A stretch of 63,534 bases of DNA, counting the filler. It is 5 parts of 5 records of this genome, joined end to end, with 100 filler letters (N's around TTAATTAATTAA, not from the genome) between each part and the next. Parts side by side here need not be neighbours in the genome. Positions count along the whole stretch, not along the records: positions 1 to 23,191 come from SRR22947725_358; 4 more parts are not named here. One strand, written 5' to 3'. The notes below the pieces were generated by a model. That model made no database searches, was not told the DNA's origin, and saw only the letters and a list, made by a program, of their open reading frames with translations. Position numbers and translations under genes: made by a program. Below, one piece after another: positions 8,306 to 16,908 of this stretch; the first letter of the stretch is position 1; every line of letters starts with the position of its first letter.

Positions 8306-10696
8306 CTAGGATCTCGCCCCACCACTATCTATGGGAGAGAACGACAAGTCAGATATCTGCTCTGGATCTGGCGATTGCCCTGTATCTAAGCATTGCCGCG
8401 CTTCCATGTAAGTTGCAGGGTCGTTCACAACCTCAACCGCCACTAATTCTTTGCCTCGATAGCTCCAAAAAGATACTGCTCCATCACGTCTACCCTCACG
8501 GGCAACCTGATAGACATCGTCATCACTAATCGGGACAACACCTACTATTTGGAGTTTTACATCATACTGGTCGGACCAAAACCATGGGGTTTGCAACGTT
8601 GGCGCAACTGACCCGGTAACTGCTGCTGCTGCTACAGCTGCCGTCTCCTGAGCGTTGTGGACCGACTCAATTGCCAACAACTGATCACGGCGCAACGCGA
8701 CGTCACCCACGGCAAATACGTCCTTTTCACTAGTTTGCATAGTCTCGTCAACGAGAATGGCTCCACCACCTTTTCTCTGCGTCTCTATTCCAGCTTCTGC
8801 AGCCAACTTGCTATCGGGAAAAACACCAATACCGGTGATGAGCATGTCTCCAACAATTTTTTGACCGCTAGTGAGTGTGACACTATCAAAAATACCATCT
8901 TCTGCATTAATACTATCAACGCCAACGCCTGTGAGCACTTGCACCCCATTATCCTCGTGCAATTTCGTCAAGCGATCCGCTAGTGGTCCACTGGCAACCC
9001 TTGCTAAAATTCTCTCGGCAGCCTCTATAACGGTTACTGTCATTCCTTTTTTCCGAAGAGAGGCTGCAACCTCAAGCCCAATGTAGCCGCCGCCAATAAT
9101 CACAACCGTATCAGAATTATTTGCAGCCTGGCGAATGGCATTTGCATCAGACGGTTGACGCAAGGTAAAAGCATTACCCATCCCATGGGTATCAGGCAGT
9201 TCACGAGGAATCGCACCGCTGGCAATCACTAGGTTGTCGTAATTTATAATCGCTCCGCTACTAACTGTTATTGTCTTGTTCTTTGTGTCAATGGCCTCAA
9301 CGTTGGACTGCGTTTTGAGTTTAATTTTGTTAGCCTTGTACCACTTCTTTTGTCTCAACAGTGACTTTGACTCAACCGTCTCACCTCCCCCCAGCAGGAA
9401 CGCTTTTGAGAGGGGTGGTCGCTCCATTGGCCCACCAACCTGACGGTCAAAGACAGTCAAACGACCACCAAAACCATTTTTTCGGACCTTATCCACAAAA
9501 GCCACGCCAGCGTGACTTGCTCCAATGACCACAATATGAGGCCCAGAAAGCTCGCCATTCTCACTGAGTCCCTGAGCTTTGGAACTTGAGTTGGGTAACT
9601 CTGAAATACGTGTTTCACCATTTGGATGCTTATCCATCCAGCGCAACCATTCATTGTTATAATGGATGAACAAACCATTCTCTTCAACGTGGCCCGATTT
9701 GCTCTCGTTAGGTTCCGGCATCTTTTGCAAACGGAAGGGCCCAAACTTGGCATTATAGTGTTTTGACCGAAGCCTTCTCTCTTCTTCACTGTCTGCTTTG
9801 GGCGCCAAGCCCCGATTCTCAATCATTACTTGACTATCGTTCAAGGGAGTAATGGTCGCTACATTTAAGGTAGGTCCATCAAGGTGAAATGCAAAGCCAG
9901 GAAAAAGCCTGACGCTTGCGGATTGTAAGGACTCTGGAGGCGGGAAAGTGCTTGTCTGACTTGCATCGCTATTTTCAACTTCACCGTGTCTTGTCACGAT
10001 GTGTCCATAATCAAACATATTAGCGTTTGCATCGCCAGCAATCGACTCAAAATCTTGAGACATTAATTGTTGATAACCTGTGTCCACGACTTCCTTGTGA
10101 TAATGGACGACTTCAAGCGGTTCAGCGCAAATTTCCGCTTCAATTGCCGAAAATGCCGCCCCAGCCCATTCCTCAAGGAAAACGGCTGGCTGATCGTTCA
10201 TATTCACCCAAACGAATCCGCCATAATTGACTTCGCACCGCAACCTTCGCAGGCCCGCATCATCCTTACAAAACCTATCTTGATAACCTTCTTTCTCACG
10301 AGCTACGTATACGCAGTTGCCTCTCATATCAAATTGCCAAGCGTGAAACATGCAGGTGATCCTTTTTGGATTACCGGATGCTTGCCCTTCAAGGAAACTC
10401 CCTTGCGGTCGCCGCTCAATGAGCATTCCTCTGTGAGGACAAACGTTTAAAAGCGCGTTTACCTTTCCGTCCGGCGCCCGGCAAATGATTACATTCTCAT
10501 TGCCAATGCTCGATGTGCGAAAGTCATAAGGATCAGGCAGTTCAGACTCGTGGCATACTGGAACCCAAGCATTCTTGAAGATCCTTGATTGCTCTTCAAT
10601 AAAACCTTGGTCTAGCGCCCTGACCGCGACTTTAGCAGAAGTAGTTGACTGATCATTGTTGGTTAGAGCGTCGGGGTTGTTTTCTACGAAATCCAT
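8306..10696 (-). CDS. fusion of MsmA-type Rieske domain, degenerate catalytic domain and GR-type FAD/NADH ferredoxin reductase
   Basis: CPH (10433-10441)-x26-CMFH (10343-10354). Fe ligands are missing from the middle domain. The C-terminal ~410 aa carry VVIGASHAG, IGGGYIGLE, VFAVGDVA and PWFWSDQY. Confidence 0.9.
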   Translation of the reverse strand: MDFVENNPDALTNNDQSTTSAKVAVRALDQGFIEEQSRIFKNAWVPVCHESELPDPYDFRTSSIGNENVIICRAPDGKVNALLNVCPHRGMLIERRPQGSFLEGQASGNPKRITCMFHAWQFDMRGNCVYVAREKEGYQDRFCKDDAGLRRLRCEVNYGGFVWVNMNDQPAVFLEEWAGAAFSAIEAEICAEPLEVVHYHKEVVDTGYQQLMSQDFESIAGDANANMFDYGHIVTRHGEVENSDASQTSTFPPPESLQSASVRLFPGFAFHLDGPTLNVATITPLNDSQVMIENRGLAPKADSEEERRLRSKHYNAKFGPFRLQKMPEPNESKSGHVEENGLFIHYNNEWLRWMDKHPNGETRISELPNSSSKAQGLSENGELSGPHIVVIGASHAGVAFVDKVRKNGFGGRLTVFDRQVGGPMERPPLSKAFLLGGGETVESKSLLRQKKWYKANKIKLKTQSNVEAIDTKNKTITVSSGAIINYDNLVIASGAIPRELPDTHGMGNAFTLRQPSDANAIRQAANNSDTVVIIGGGYIGLEVAASLRKKGMTVTVIEAAERILARVASGPLADRLTKLHEDNGVQVLTGVGVDSINAEDGIFDSVTLTSGQKIVGDMLITGIGVFPDSKLAAEAGIETQRKGGGAILVDETMQTSEKDVFAVGDVALRRDQLLAIESVHNAQETAAVAAAAVTGSVAPTLQTPWFWSDQYDVKLQIVGVVPISDDDVYQVAREGRRDGAVSFWSYRGKELVAVEVVNDPATYMEARQCLDTGQSPDPEQISDLSFSPIDSGGARS

Positions 10697-11009
10697 CTGA
10701 GCACCTTTCGAGAGAATATTATATATTTTTATCTCAGGCGTCGCTTATGACAACCGCTGATACGATTATGCTACACTATCACTTGATCGTTTTTATGAAT
10801 AATCAAATGACTTGATAGTTCCAGAAAATCATTCTTAGATTTATCCTAGGATTATTAAAGTTACCGTTCAGAGTTGGCAATATAATCCGACCATTCACTA
10901 TTAAAACTGTGTGAGTTTAGAGCTCAGTTTTACGGCAATAGTGATAATTTACTTGTGTTGAAGCAAAATTTAGCAGCAACATGGAAGTTAAACCAATTGG
11001 GAGGGAAGA

Positions 11010-12116
11010 ATGATTAATATTTTAAAAACATCCGTTAAAATGGCGGCTCTCGGTGCTGTCGTGATGGGAGCATCGGCCGCCAATGCTGGCGTTGATTTTG
11101 GAAAAAGAGGTGAAGCCGTTAACTTGGTAATCGGTTATCAGCCTTATTATACCGAGTCTTGGACAGGTGTGGTGAATAACGGGAAAAGCTTTTGGAAAAA
11201 ACATCTTCCAGCTGGTTCTACCGCTGAATTTCAGGTTGGGCTTCAGGGCTCAGTTATTGTGAATGCAATGGCTGGAGAAAAGCAGCACATTGGTTACATG
11301 GGTGACATGCCTGCTATCGCGTCCACCTTTAAGTACTTGCCCGAGCGTGGTGGCACTGACATTCGCATCGTTGCCGCTCTTGGCACTTCAAAGCAGCAAT
11401 GTAATATTTTCCTTGTGAAAAATGATGCGCCTAAATTTGCTGATGGTGTCGCAGCTGTTAAGTGGATGGACGGGAAAATTACATCCGCCCCTCACGGTGC
11501 TTGTACCGACAGATTTGCTCAGGCAGCTTTTAAATCAGCAGGCGTAAAGCCAGCAAAATATCTCAATCAAAACATTGAGGTTATCACCACCAATTTTCGG
11601 GCTGGCAAACTAGATGCAGCAGCCATTTGGGAGCCAACAGCAACCAAGATGGTTAAATCTGGTATTGCACGTCGCGCGGCATCGGGTGAAGATTTTGGTC
11701 TTCAGGATGGTGCGTTCATGGTGATGCTGAATGACCTGATTTCACAGCGTCCTGATGCTGTCATGGGCTGGCTAGAAGCCGAGCTTGACGCTCAAGAGTT
11801 TGTTGCCAACCCAGGCAATGCTGATGCAATCGCAGCAATGGCTGAGGCTCAGACCGAAAAAATTGACCAGTCAGTTCTGAAGGCCAGTCTTTATGATTCG
11901 CCAATGGCAGGAACAACCAAATTGCAGCTTGATTTCACAATCAGTGACGATGCGAAATCACTGCTTCGCGATGCAACGGCATTCTTATACAGCTTGAAGA
12001 AGAAGCCAGCTGCGGCCCCACAAATTCGTCCAGAGGGCGTTATGGGTCAGTTTGCAGAGCGCGTGCTTGAAAAGCGTGGCTTAAAGACTCCAGTCGGACG
12101 CATTGTAGCGAAATAA
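11010..12116 (+). CDS. msmE: sulfonate/nitrate-type ABC transporter substrate-binding protein (MsmE-like)
   Basis: Signal peptide, IGYQPYYTESW, IGYMGDMPAI, AAIWEPTA. Divergent from the msm oxygenase genes. Confidence 0.85.
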   Translation: MINILKTSVKMAALGAVVMGASAANAGVDFGKRGEAVNLVIGYQPYYTESWTGVVNNGKSFWKKHLPAGSTAEFQVGLQGSVIVNAMAGEKQHIGYMGDMPAIASTFKYLPERGGTDIRIVAALGTSKQQCNIFLVKNDAPKFADGVAAVKWMDGKITSAPHGACTDRFAQAAFKSAGVKPAKYLNQNIEVITTNFRAGKLDAAAIWEPTATKMVKSGIARRAASGEDFGLQDGAFMVMLNDLISQRPDAVMGWLEAELDAQEFVANPGNADAIAAMAEAQTEKIDQSVLKASLYDSPMAGTTKLQLDFTISDDAKSLLRDATAFLYSLKKKPAAAPQIRPEGVMGQFAERVLEKRGLKTPVGRIVAK

Positions 12117-12131
12117 TTTATCCAAACTTAG

Positions 12132-12165
12132 AACCAAGGCCCACCCAGAGTTGGGCCTTGGTTTT
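12132..12165 (+). terminator. stem-loop after the binding-protein gene (partial terminator or stabiliser)
   Basis: AACCAAGGCCCA...TGGGCCTTGGTT 12-bp stem followed by TT. Confidence 0.7.
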
Positions 12166-12282
12166 CTAAATTGATTAATTATTTATTTAGTTATTTCGTA
12201 TTTCCACATTCAACGAATGAAATGTCGCCTTTGGATAGACATGTTGAGTAAAACGCAAAGTATTTAGTACCGGAGCGAAGAA

Positions 12283-13155
12283 ATGAACACTTCAGCAGAT
12301 TCAAACAAGGTTGCACCCGAGGGTTTTAACCTCTTCCTTTACCGGACAAAGAAGAAATTTAGTGGGCCTGACCCATACTTGACAATTGCAGGGGTATTCT
12401 TGTGGCTTTTTGTTTATTGGGTCTTGTGTGAAGGGCTTCAGGTCTGGCGCTTTACCAAATTACCTGGACCGGTAGCAATTTCCAAGGACTGGTTTTCCAT
12501 GACACCATTCCAAGGTATTTCAATTTTTACACAAGAGTATTACGATCATATTTATGTCAGCTGCCAACGAATTCTCATTGCGTTTGGCATTGCTACCGGT
12601 CTCGGGGTGCCCCTCGGACTATTCATGGGTTGGTCCAGATCCATCAGGGATTATATCTTTCCAATCATTGAGTTGCTCCGCCCAATCCCAATCCTCGCAT
12701 GGGTCCCGCTATCCATTTTGTTGCTACCCGGTTTTGAGGGACCAGTGATTTTCCTTGCGACTTTAGCATCATTTTTTGTCACGACACTTAATGCCATGCT
12801 TGGGGTCGACTCAATCGATGAAGAGTATTTCAGAGCCGCAGGCTGTTTAGGTTCATCCCGTTGGGACGTATTTAAAAACGTGGTTGTTCCTGGAGCCTTG
12901 CCATTCATTTTTACTGGCTTGCAAATATCTATCGGAGTTGCATGGTTCTCTCTGGTGGCTGCTGAAATGGTTTCTGGAGATCTGGGCTTGGGTTACCTAA
13001 TCGTTGATGCCTACATGAACAATGTAACCGTTCCGATGGTTATCGCCATGATCACTCTTGGTTTTATTGGCTATTTTAGTTCTGCCTGTGTGCGCGCTCT
13101 TGGGGACAGGTTGATGGCTTGGCACGTTAAGGAGCTTGCCCAACAAGGACGGTAA
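12283..13155 (+). CDS. msmF: ABC transporter permease (SsuC/TauC type, MsmF-like)
   Basis: LRPIPILAWVP, EAA-like loop RAAGCLGSS, LVAAEM. Confidence 0.82.
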   Translation: MNTSADSNKVAPEGFNLFLYRTKKKFSGPDPYLTIAGVFLWLFVYWVLCEGLQVWRFTKLPGPVAISKDWFSMTPFQGISIFTQEYYDHIYVSCQRILIAFGIATGLGVPLGLFMGWSRSIRDYIFPIIELLRPIPILAWVPLSILLLPGFEGPVIFLATLASFFVTTLNAMLGVDSIDEEYFRAAGCLGSSRWDVFKNVVVPGALPFIFTGLQISIGVAWFSLVAAEMVSGDLGLGYLIVDAYMNNVTVPMVIAMITLGFIGYFSSACVRALGDRLMAWHVKELAQQGR

Positions 13156-13187
13156 TCAATTTTTTGCGATCAAATCTTTAAAACAAA

Positions 13188-14057
13188 TTGGACATGAAAG
13201 TTAAATCAATGGCTAAAAACACCTCAAAAGCAGAAAAAAAAGGTGCGCTAAGCATTAAGAACGTCACAAAAATTTATGATCCTACTGGCGTAAATGTGAT
13301 GGCTGTTGATGACTGCTCCATGGAAATAGCGGGTGGTGAAGTATGTATGATTGTTGGGCCCTCAGGATGCGGTAAAACTACTTTGTTAAATGGTATTGCA
13401 GGATTTCATTCAATAACAGAGGGAAGTATCCATCTGGACGGCGAACTACTTTGTGGACCAGGAAAGCCAAAGGCTGATCAGAGCGCTGAACGTATGGTCG
13501 TATTCCAGCATGGCGCACTTTTTCCATGGAAGACATTACAAGAGAATGTCGCTTATGGCCCGTCCGTTCAAAAAGCTTTGTCGCCAGCACAAGCCCTGGA
13601 CAAAGCAGGACAAATGCTTGCAGAAGCAGGGTTGGGAAACTTTCTTAAAAAATACCCTGGTGAAGTATCCTCTGGCATGGCTAGGCGCGCCGAAATTGTG
13701 AGAGCCTTGATTAACAACCCAAAAGTTCTTTTATTGGACGAGCCCTACCGTGCGATGGACGCGCTAACAAAACAGATTATGCATGAATCACTTCTCGAAA
13801 CCTACGATCGTACCGGAGTAACAATCTTTTTTATTACCCACGATTTGGAGGAGGCAATATTCCTTGGTGACAAAGTCCACATTGTCACGACTCGACCCTG
13901 TCAGCTTAAAAAGACTGTGGAGGTGAAAATACCTCGCCCGCGTTCCTACGAAACACAGTCATCTGAAAAGTTTAGAAAGCTGCTCGCAGAAGTTAATGAC
14001 GCTGTTCACGAGGAAGCAGTCAAAGCCTTTAAAGCGGGCGAGAGAGAACTGGCTTAA
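13188..14057 (+). CDS. msmG: ABC transporter ATP-binding protein (MsmG-like) with variant signature
   Basis: Walker A GPSGCGKT, signature VSSGM, Walker B LLLDE, H-loop ITH. The start may be ATG 13194 or 13209. Confidence 0.85.
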   Translation: MDMKVKSMAKNTSKAEKKGALSIKNVTKIYDPTGVNVMAVDDCSMEIAGGEVCMIVGPSGCGKTTLLNGIAGFHSITEGSIHLDGELLCGPGKPKADQSAERMVVFQHGALFPWKTLQENVAYGPSVQKALSPAQALDKAGQMLAEAGLGNFLKKYPGEVSSGMARRAEIVRALINNPKVLLLDEPYRAMDALTKQIMHESLLETYDRTGVTIFFITHDLEEAIFLGDKVHIVTTRPCQLKKTVEVKIPRPRSYETQSSEKFRKLLAEVNDAVHEEAVKAFKAGERELA

Positions 14058-14119
14058 AACCCTAGAAATAACGAGACGCCCCGCAATGGGGACCGATTAG
14101 AAATACGACAGAGGCAACA

Positions 14120-14932
14120 ATGACTAATTTTCTGCAGAAGCTTTTCAAAAACACGACTACACGGCGCGGTATCGGAGCGGTCATTATTTTTGTGATCATA
14201 TGGCACATCGGATCGCAGCTTGATGAGTGGACTGGTTACGATTTGCTTGGTATTGGCCTTGTGCCACCGCCCGCGCATGTTTTTACTGCCTTTCTTGAAG
14301 TAATACCACTGCATGGTTACTGGATGAGTTGGGTGGCAAGCTTCAGCCGGGTAATTACTGGCTTCTTGGTTGCGATGCTGATCGGGATACCATTTGGGCT
14401 TTTGTTAGCAGTAAACCGATATTTTCGGGGCGTCTTTTTCCCTCCGTTTGAAATTCTAAGGCCCATACCGCCGCTTGCATGGGTGCCGGCGTCGCTGATT
14501 TTCTGGCCTACTAATGAAATGTCAATCGCATTTGTCACGTTCCTAGGCGCATTCTTTACTATTGTTATTAACGTCTTGGGTGGCGCCCGTAGCATAGACA
14601 TCAGTTATTTAAGGGCAGCTCAGTCTATGGGTGCAAGCCAGTTCGATCTCTTCTGGAAAATAGTTCTACCAGGAACACTACCATCCATTTTCACAGGCGC
14701 CGCTGTTGGCATGGGGATTACTTGGGAGGTTGTCTTGGCGGCAGAAATGATTTCTGGCGGCGGAACACAAGGTGGTGGTGGCCTCGGCTTCTTTATCTGG
14801 AACTCTTATATGGGCGGGTCTTTAGAACAAATCGTTGTTGGAATGATTTCCATCGGCATCGCCGGGTACCTTTCGTCAAGCGCGATAAGAAAAATTGGCT
14901 TTCACTTCATGCCGTGGCGCCGCCTTTTCTAG
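14120..14932 (+). CDS. msmH: ABC transporter permease (MsmH-like)
   Basis: LRPIPPLAWVP, RAAQSMGAS, VLAAEM. Confidence 0.82.
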   Translation: MTNFLQKLFKNTTTRRGIGAVIIFVIIWHIGSQLDEWTGYDLLGIGLVPPPAHVFTAFLEVIPLHGYWMSWVASFSRVITGFLVAMLIGIPFGLLLAVNRYFRGVFFPPFEILRPIPPLAWVPASLIFWPTNEMSIAFVTFLGAFFTIVINVLGGARSIDISYLRAAQSMGASQFDLFWKIVLPGTLPSIFTGAAVGMGITWEVVLAAEMISGGGTQGGGGLGFFIWNSYMGGSLEQIVVGMISIGIAGYLSSSAIRKIGFHFMPWRRLF

Positions 14933-14989
14933 ATCTAACTCAAATCAAAAACCATTAACAAACTGACTTTGAATTATCGGAGAAATTTT

Positions 14990-15835
14990 ATGGCAACAAC
15001 AAAATCAAAAAAGAAGGAGCCAAAAGCTACTCGTTCAAGAAAATTGGATAGTTCTTCAGTGTCCTTGAAAGGTGTAAGCAAATCTTACGGTGAAGAATGG
15101 CAGTCGGATGATGTTCTTAAAAATATTTCTGTCGATTTTCCCGCCGGCGAGTTGACAGTAATTGTTGGCCCTTCAGGCTGCGGCAAGTCAACACTTGTTA
15201 ATTTGTTGGCTGGATTTGAGACTCCCGATACAGGAGAAGTTCTTGTTGATGGAAAGCCAGTAACGGGGCCCGCAAAAGATAGGATGGTGGTTTTCCAAGA
15301 AACGGCTCTCATACCTTGGCAAACAACTCTTGAAAATGTCACTTTTGGTCCAAAGATGCGGGGAGAAAAGAAAGGGGCATCTTTACAAAGAGAGGCAGAA
15401 GACCTGTTGATCAAGGTTGGGCTTGGAGAGTTTATGAATAAATTCCCGATCCAGCTTTCAGGCGGCATGCAAAGGCGGGCTGAGTTAGCAAGAGCTCTAA
15501 TAAATGAGCCAACTGTTATGCTTATGGATGAACCTTTTCGTGGCCTTGATGCAATGTCTCGAAGCTTGATGCAAGAATTCTTCCTTGAGCTTTTTGAGGA
15601 GAACCAAAAAACCAACATTTTTGTGACTTCGGAGATTGATGAAGCTATTTTCTTGGCAGATAACTTAGTTATTCTCTCTAATAAGCCCACTACTGTTCAG
15701 ACAGTGATCAAAATTGATCTGCCGCGGCCCCGTAATTATAAAATGCTAACTACAGCCAAGGCCTTTAAATACAAGCGACAGGCCATGGATCTATTGCATG
15801 GTGAAGCAATGAAGAGTTTTGCGGTTCTTAAATAA
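14990..15835 (+). CDS. second ABC ATP-binding protein, H-loop His replaced by Ser
   Basis: GPSGCGKS, LSGGM, LMDE, and VTSE in place of VTHD. Confidence 0.88.
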   Translation: MATTKSKKKEPKATRSRKLDSSSVSLKGVSKSYGEEWQSDDVLKNISVDFPAGELTVIVGPSGCGKSTLVNLLAGFETPDTGEVLVDGKPVTGPAKDRMVVFQETALIPWQTTLENVTFGPKMRGEKKGASLQREAEDLLIKVGLGEFMNKFPIQLSGGMQRRAELARALINEPTVMLMDEPFRGLDAMSRSLMQEFFLELFEENQKTNIFVTSEIDEAIFLADNLVILSNKPTTVQTVIKIDLPRPRNYKMLTTAKAFKYKRQAMDLLHGEAMKSFAVLK

Positions 15836-15902
15836 GCAATCTTAAATCGGTCAATTTGACGAGCGACATTAATTCAAAGCGGTGCTATTGGAGTAGGTCC
15901 AA

Positions 15903-16154
15903 ATGCTAGAAATCCTATTCTGGATCTCGGCAAAAAAAATTGTAGTGGCCTTTGCGCTGCTGGGAGCCACTGTTGTCACTATCGCTCCAAAGATTAGCGA
16001 ATGGGCAGAGCCGAAGGAAAATTCGGCCGGCAACTATAAGCGAAAATTATTACCTCAAAATTTAGAAAAGTTTCTTGTAAGAGTTGGCTATACCTTTGTC
16101 GGGTTAAGCATTAGTCTGTTCATAGTTGCAGGCTTTATTGTTGATCTAAAATAA
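15903..16154 (+). CDS. small two-helix membrane protein, hypothetical
   Basis: 83 aa with two hydrophobic stretches. GGAG/AGG upstream; within the operon. Confidence 0.6.
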   Translation: MLEILFWISAKKIVVAFALLGATVVTIAPKISEWAEPKENSAGNYKRKLLPQNLEKFLVRVGYTFVGLSISLFIVAGFIVDLK

Positions 16155-16176
16155 TATCAACACCGGATATCATTTA

Positions 16177-16887
16177 ATGCCACACTTACAAGCGATTAAT
16201 CTCTCTAAATCTTACTCCAACAAAAGGGCGTTGATGGATTGCTCTTTTTCTGCAACTGGTGGTGAGGTAATTGGCATCCTAGGTGCAAACGGTGCTGGCA
16301 AGTCAACTTTAATAAAGCTACTTGCAGGCGTAATAAAACCGGATAAGGGTGATGCCATTCTGAATGGGCGTTCAATTCGAAAAGAAAGAAGGGAAGCTCA
16401 GGGCAAAATTGGATACTTGCCTGAAGTAACTGGTGGCTTTGACGACATAACTGTTTACGAATTTTTATCATTTTCAGCCAATGCACACGGGATTTTTGGG
16501 AGAGCCATGCGTGGGGCTGTTTCTAGGATTTGTGAAGAACTAGAGCTGGGTGAGGTAAAGTATCAAAAACTTTCAGACTTATCAAAAGGCTGGCGCCAAA
16601 GAGCTTGGCTTGGCCAATCTTTAATTCACAACCCTGACATATTATTTCTTGATGAGCCCACTGACGGATTTGATCCAATCCAGAAGATTGCTATCCGGAA
16701 TCATATTAAAACACTGTCAAAAGGTAAAATAATTTTGATGTCGACCCACATCTTAGAGGAGGCAGAGGCAATTTGTGACCGTGTCTTGATTATAAACAGT
16801 GGAAGGTTAGTTGAAGATGGCCCAACTTCATCATTGGTTGATAAAAAAGGCCGTTTAGAAGAAACTATTAGAGTTTTTGCGAGCTAA
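16177..16887 (+). CDS. ABC-2 type ATP-binding protein (GldA-like)
   Basis: GANGAGKS, LSKGWRQR, LDEPTDG, STHIL. Confidence 0.88.
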   Translation: MPHLQAINLSKSYSNKRALMDCSFSATGGEVIGILGANGAGKSTLIKLLAGVIKPDKGDAILNGRSIRKERREAQGKIGYLPEVTGGFDDITVYEFLSFSANAHGIFGRAMRGAVSRICEELELGEVKYQKLSDLSKGWRQRAWLGQSLIHNPDILFLDEPTDGFDPIQKIAIRNHIKTLSKGKIILMSTHILEEAEAICDRVLIINSGRLVEDGPTSSLVDKKGRLEETIRVFAS

Positions 16888-16908
16888 ACAGTTAATTGGA
16901 AAATTAAC

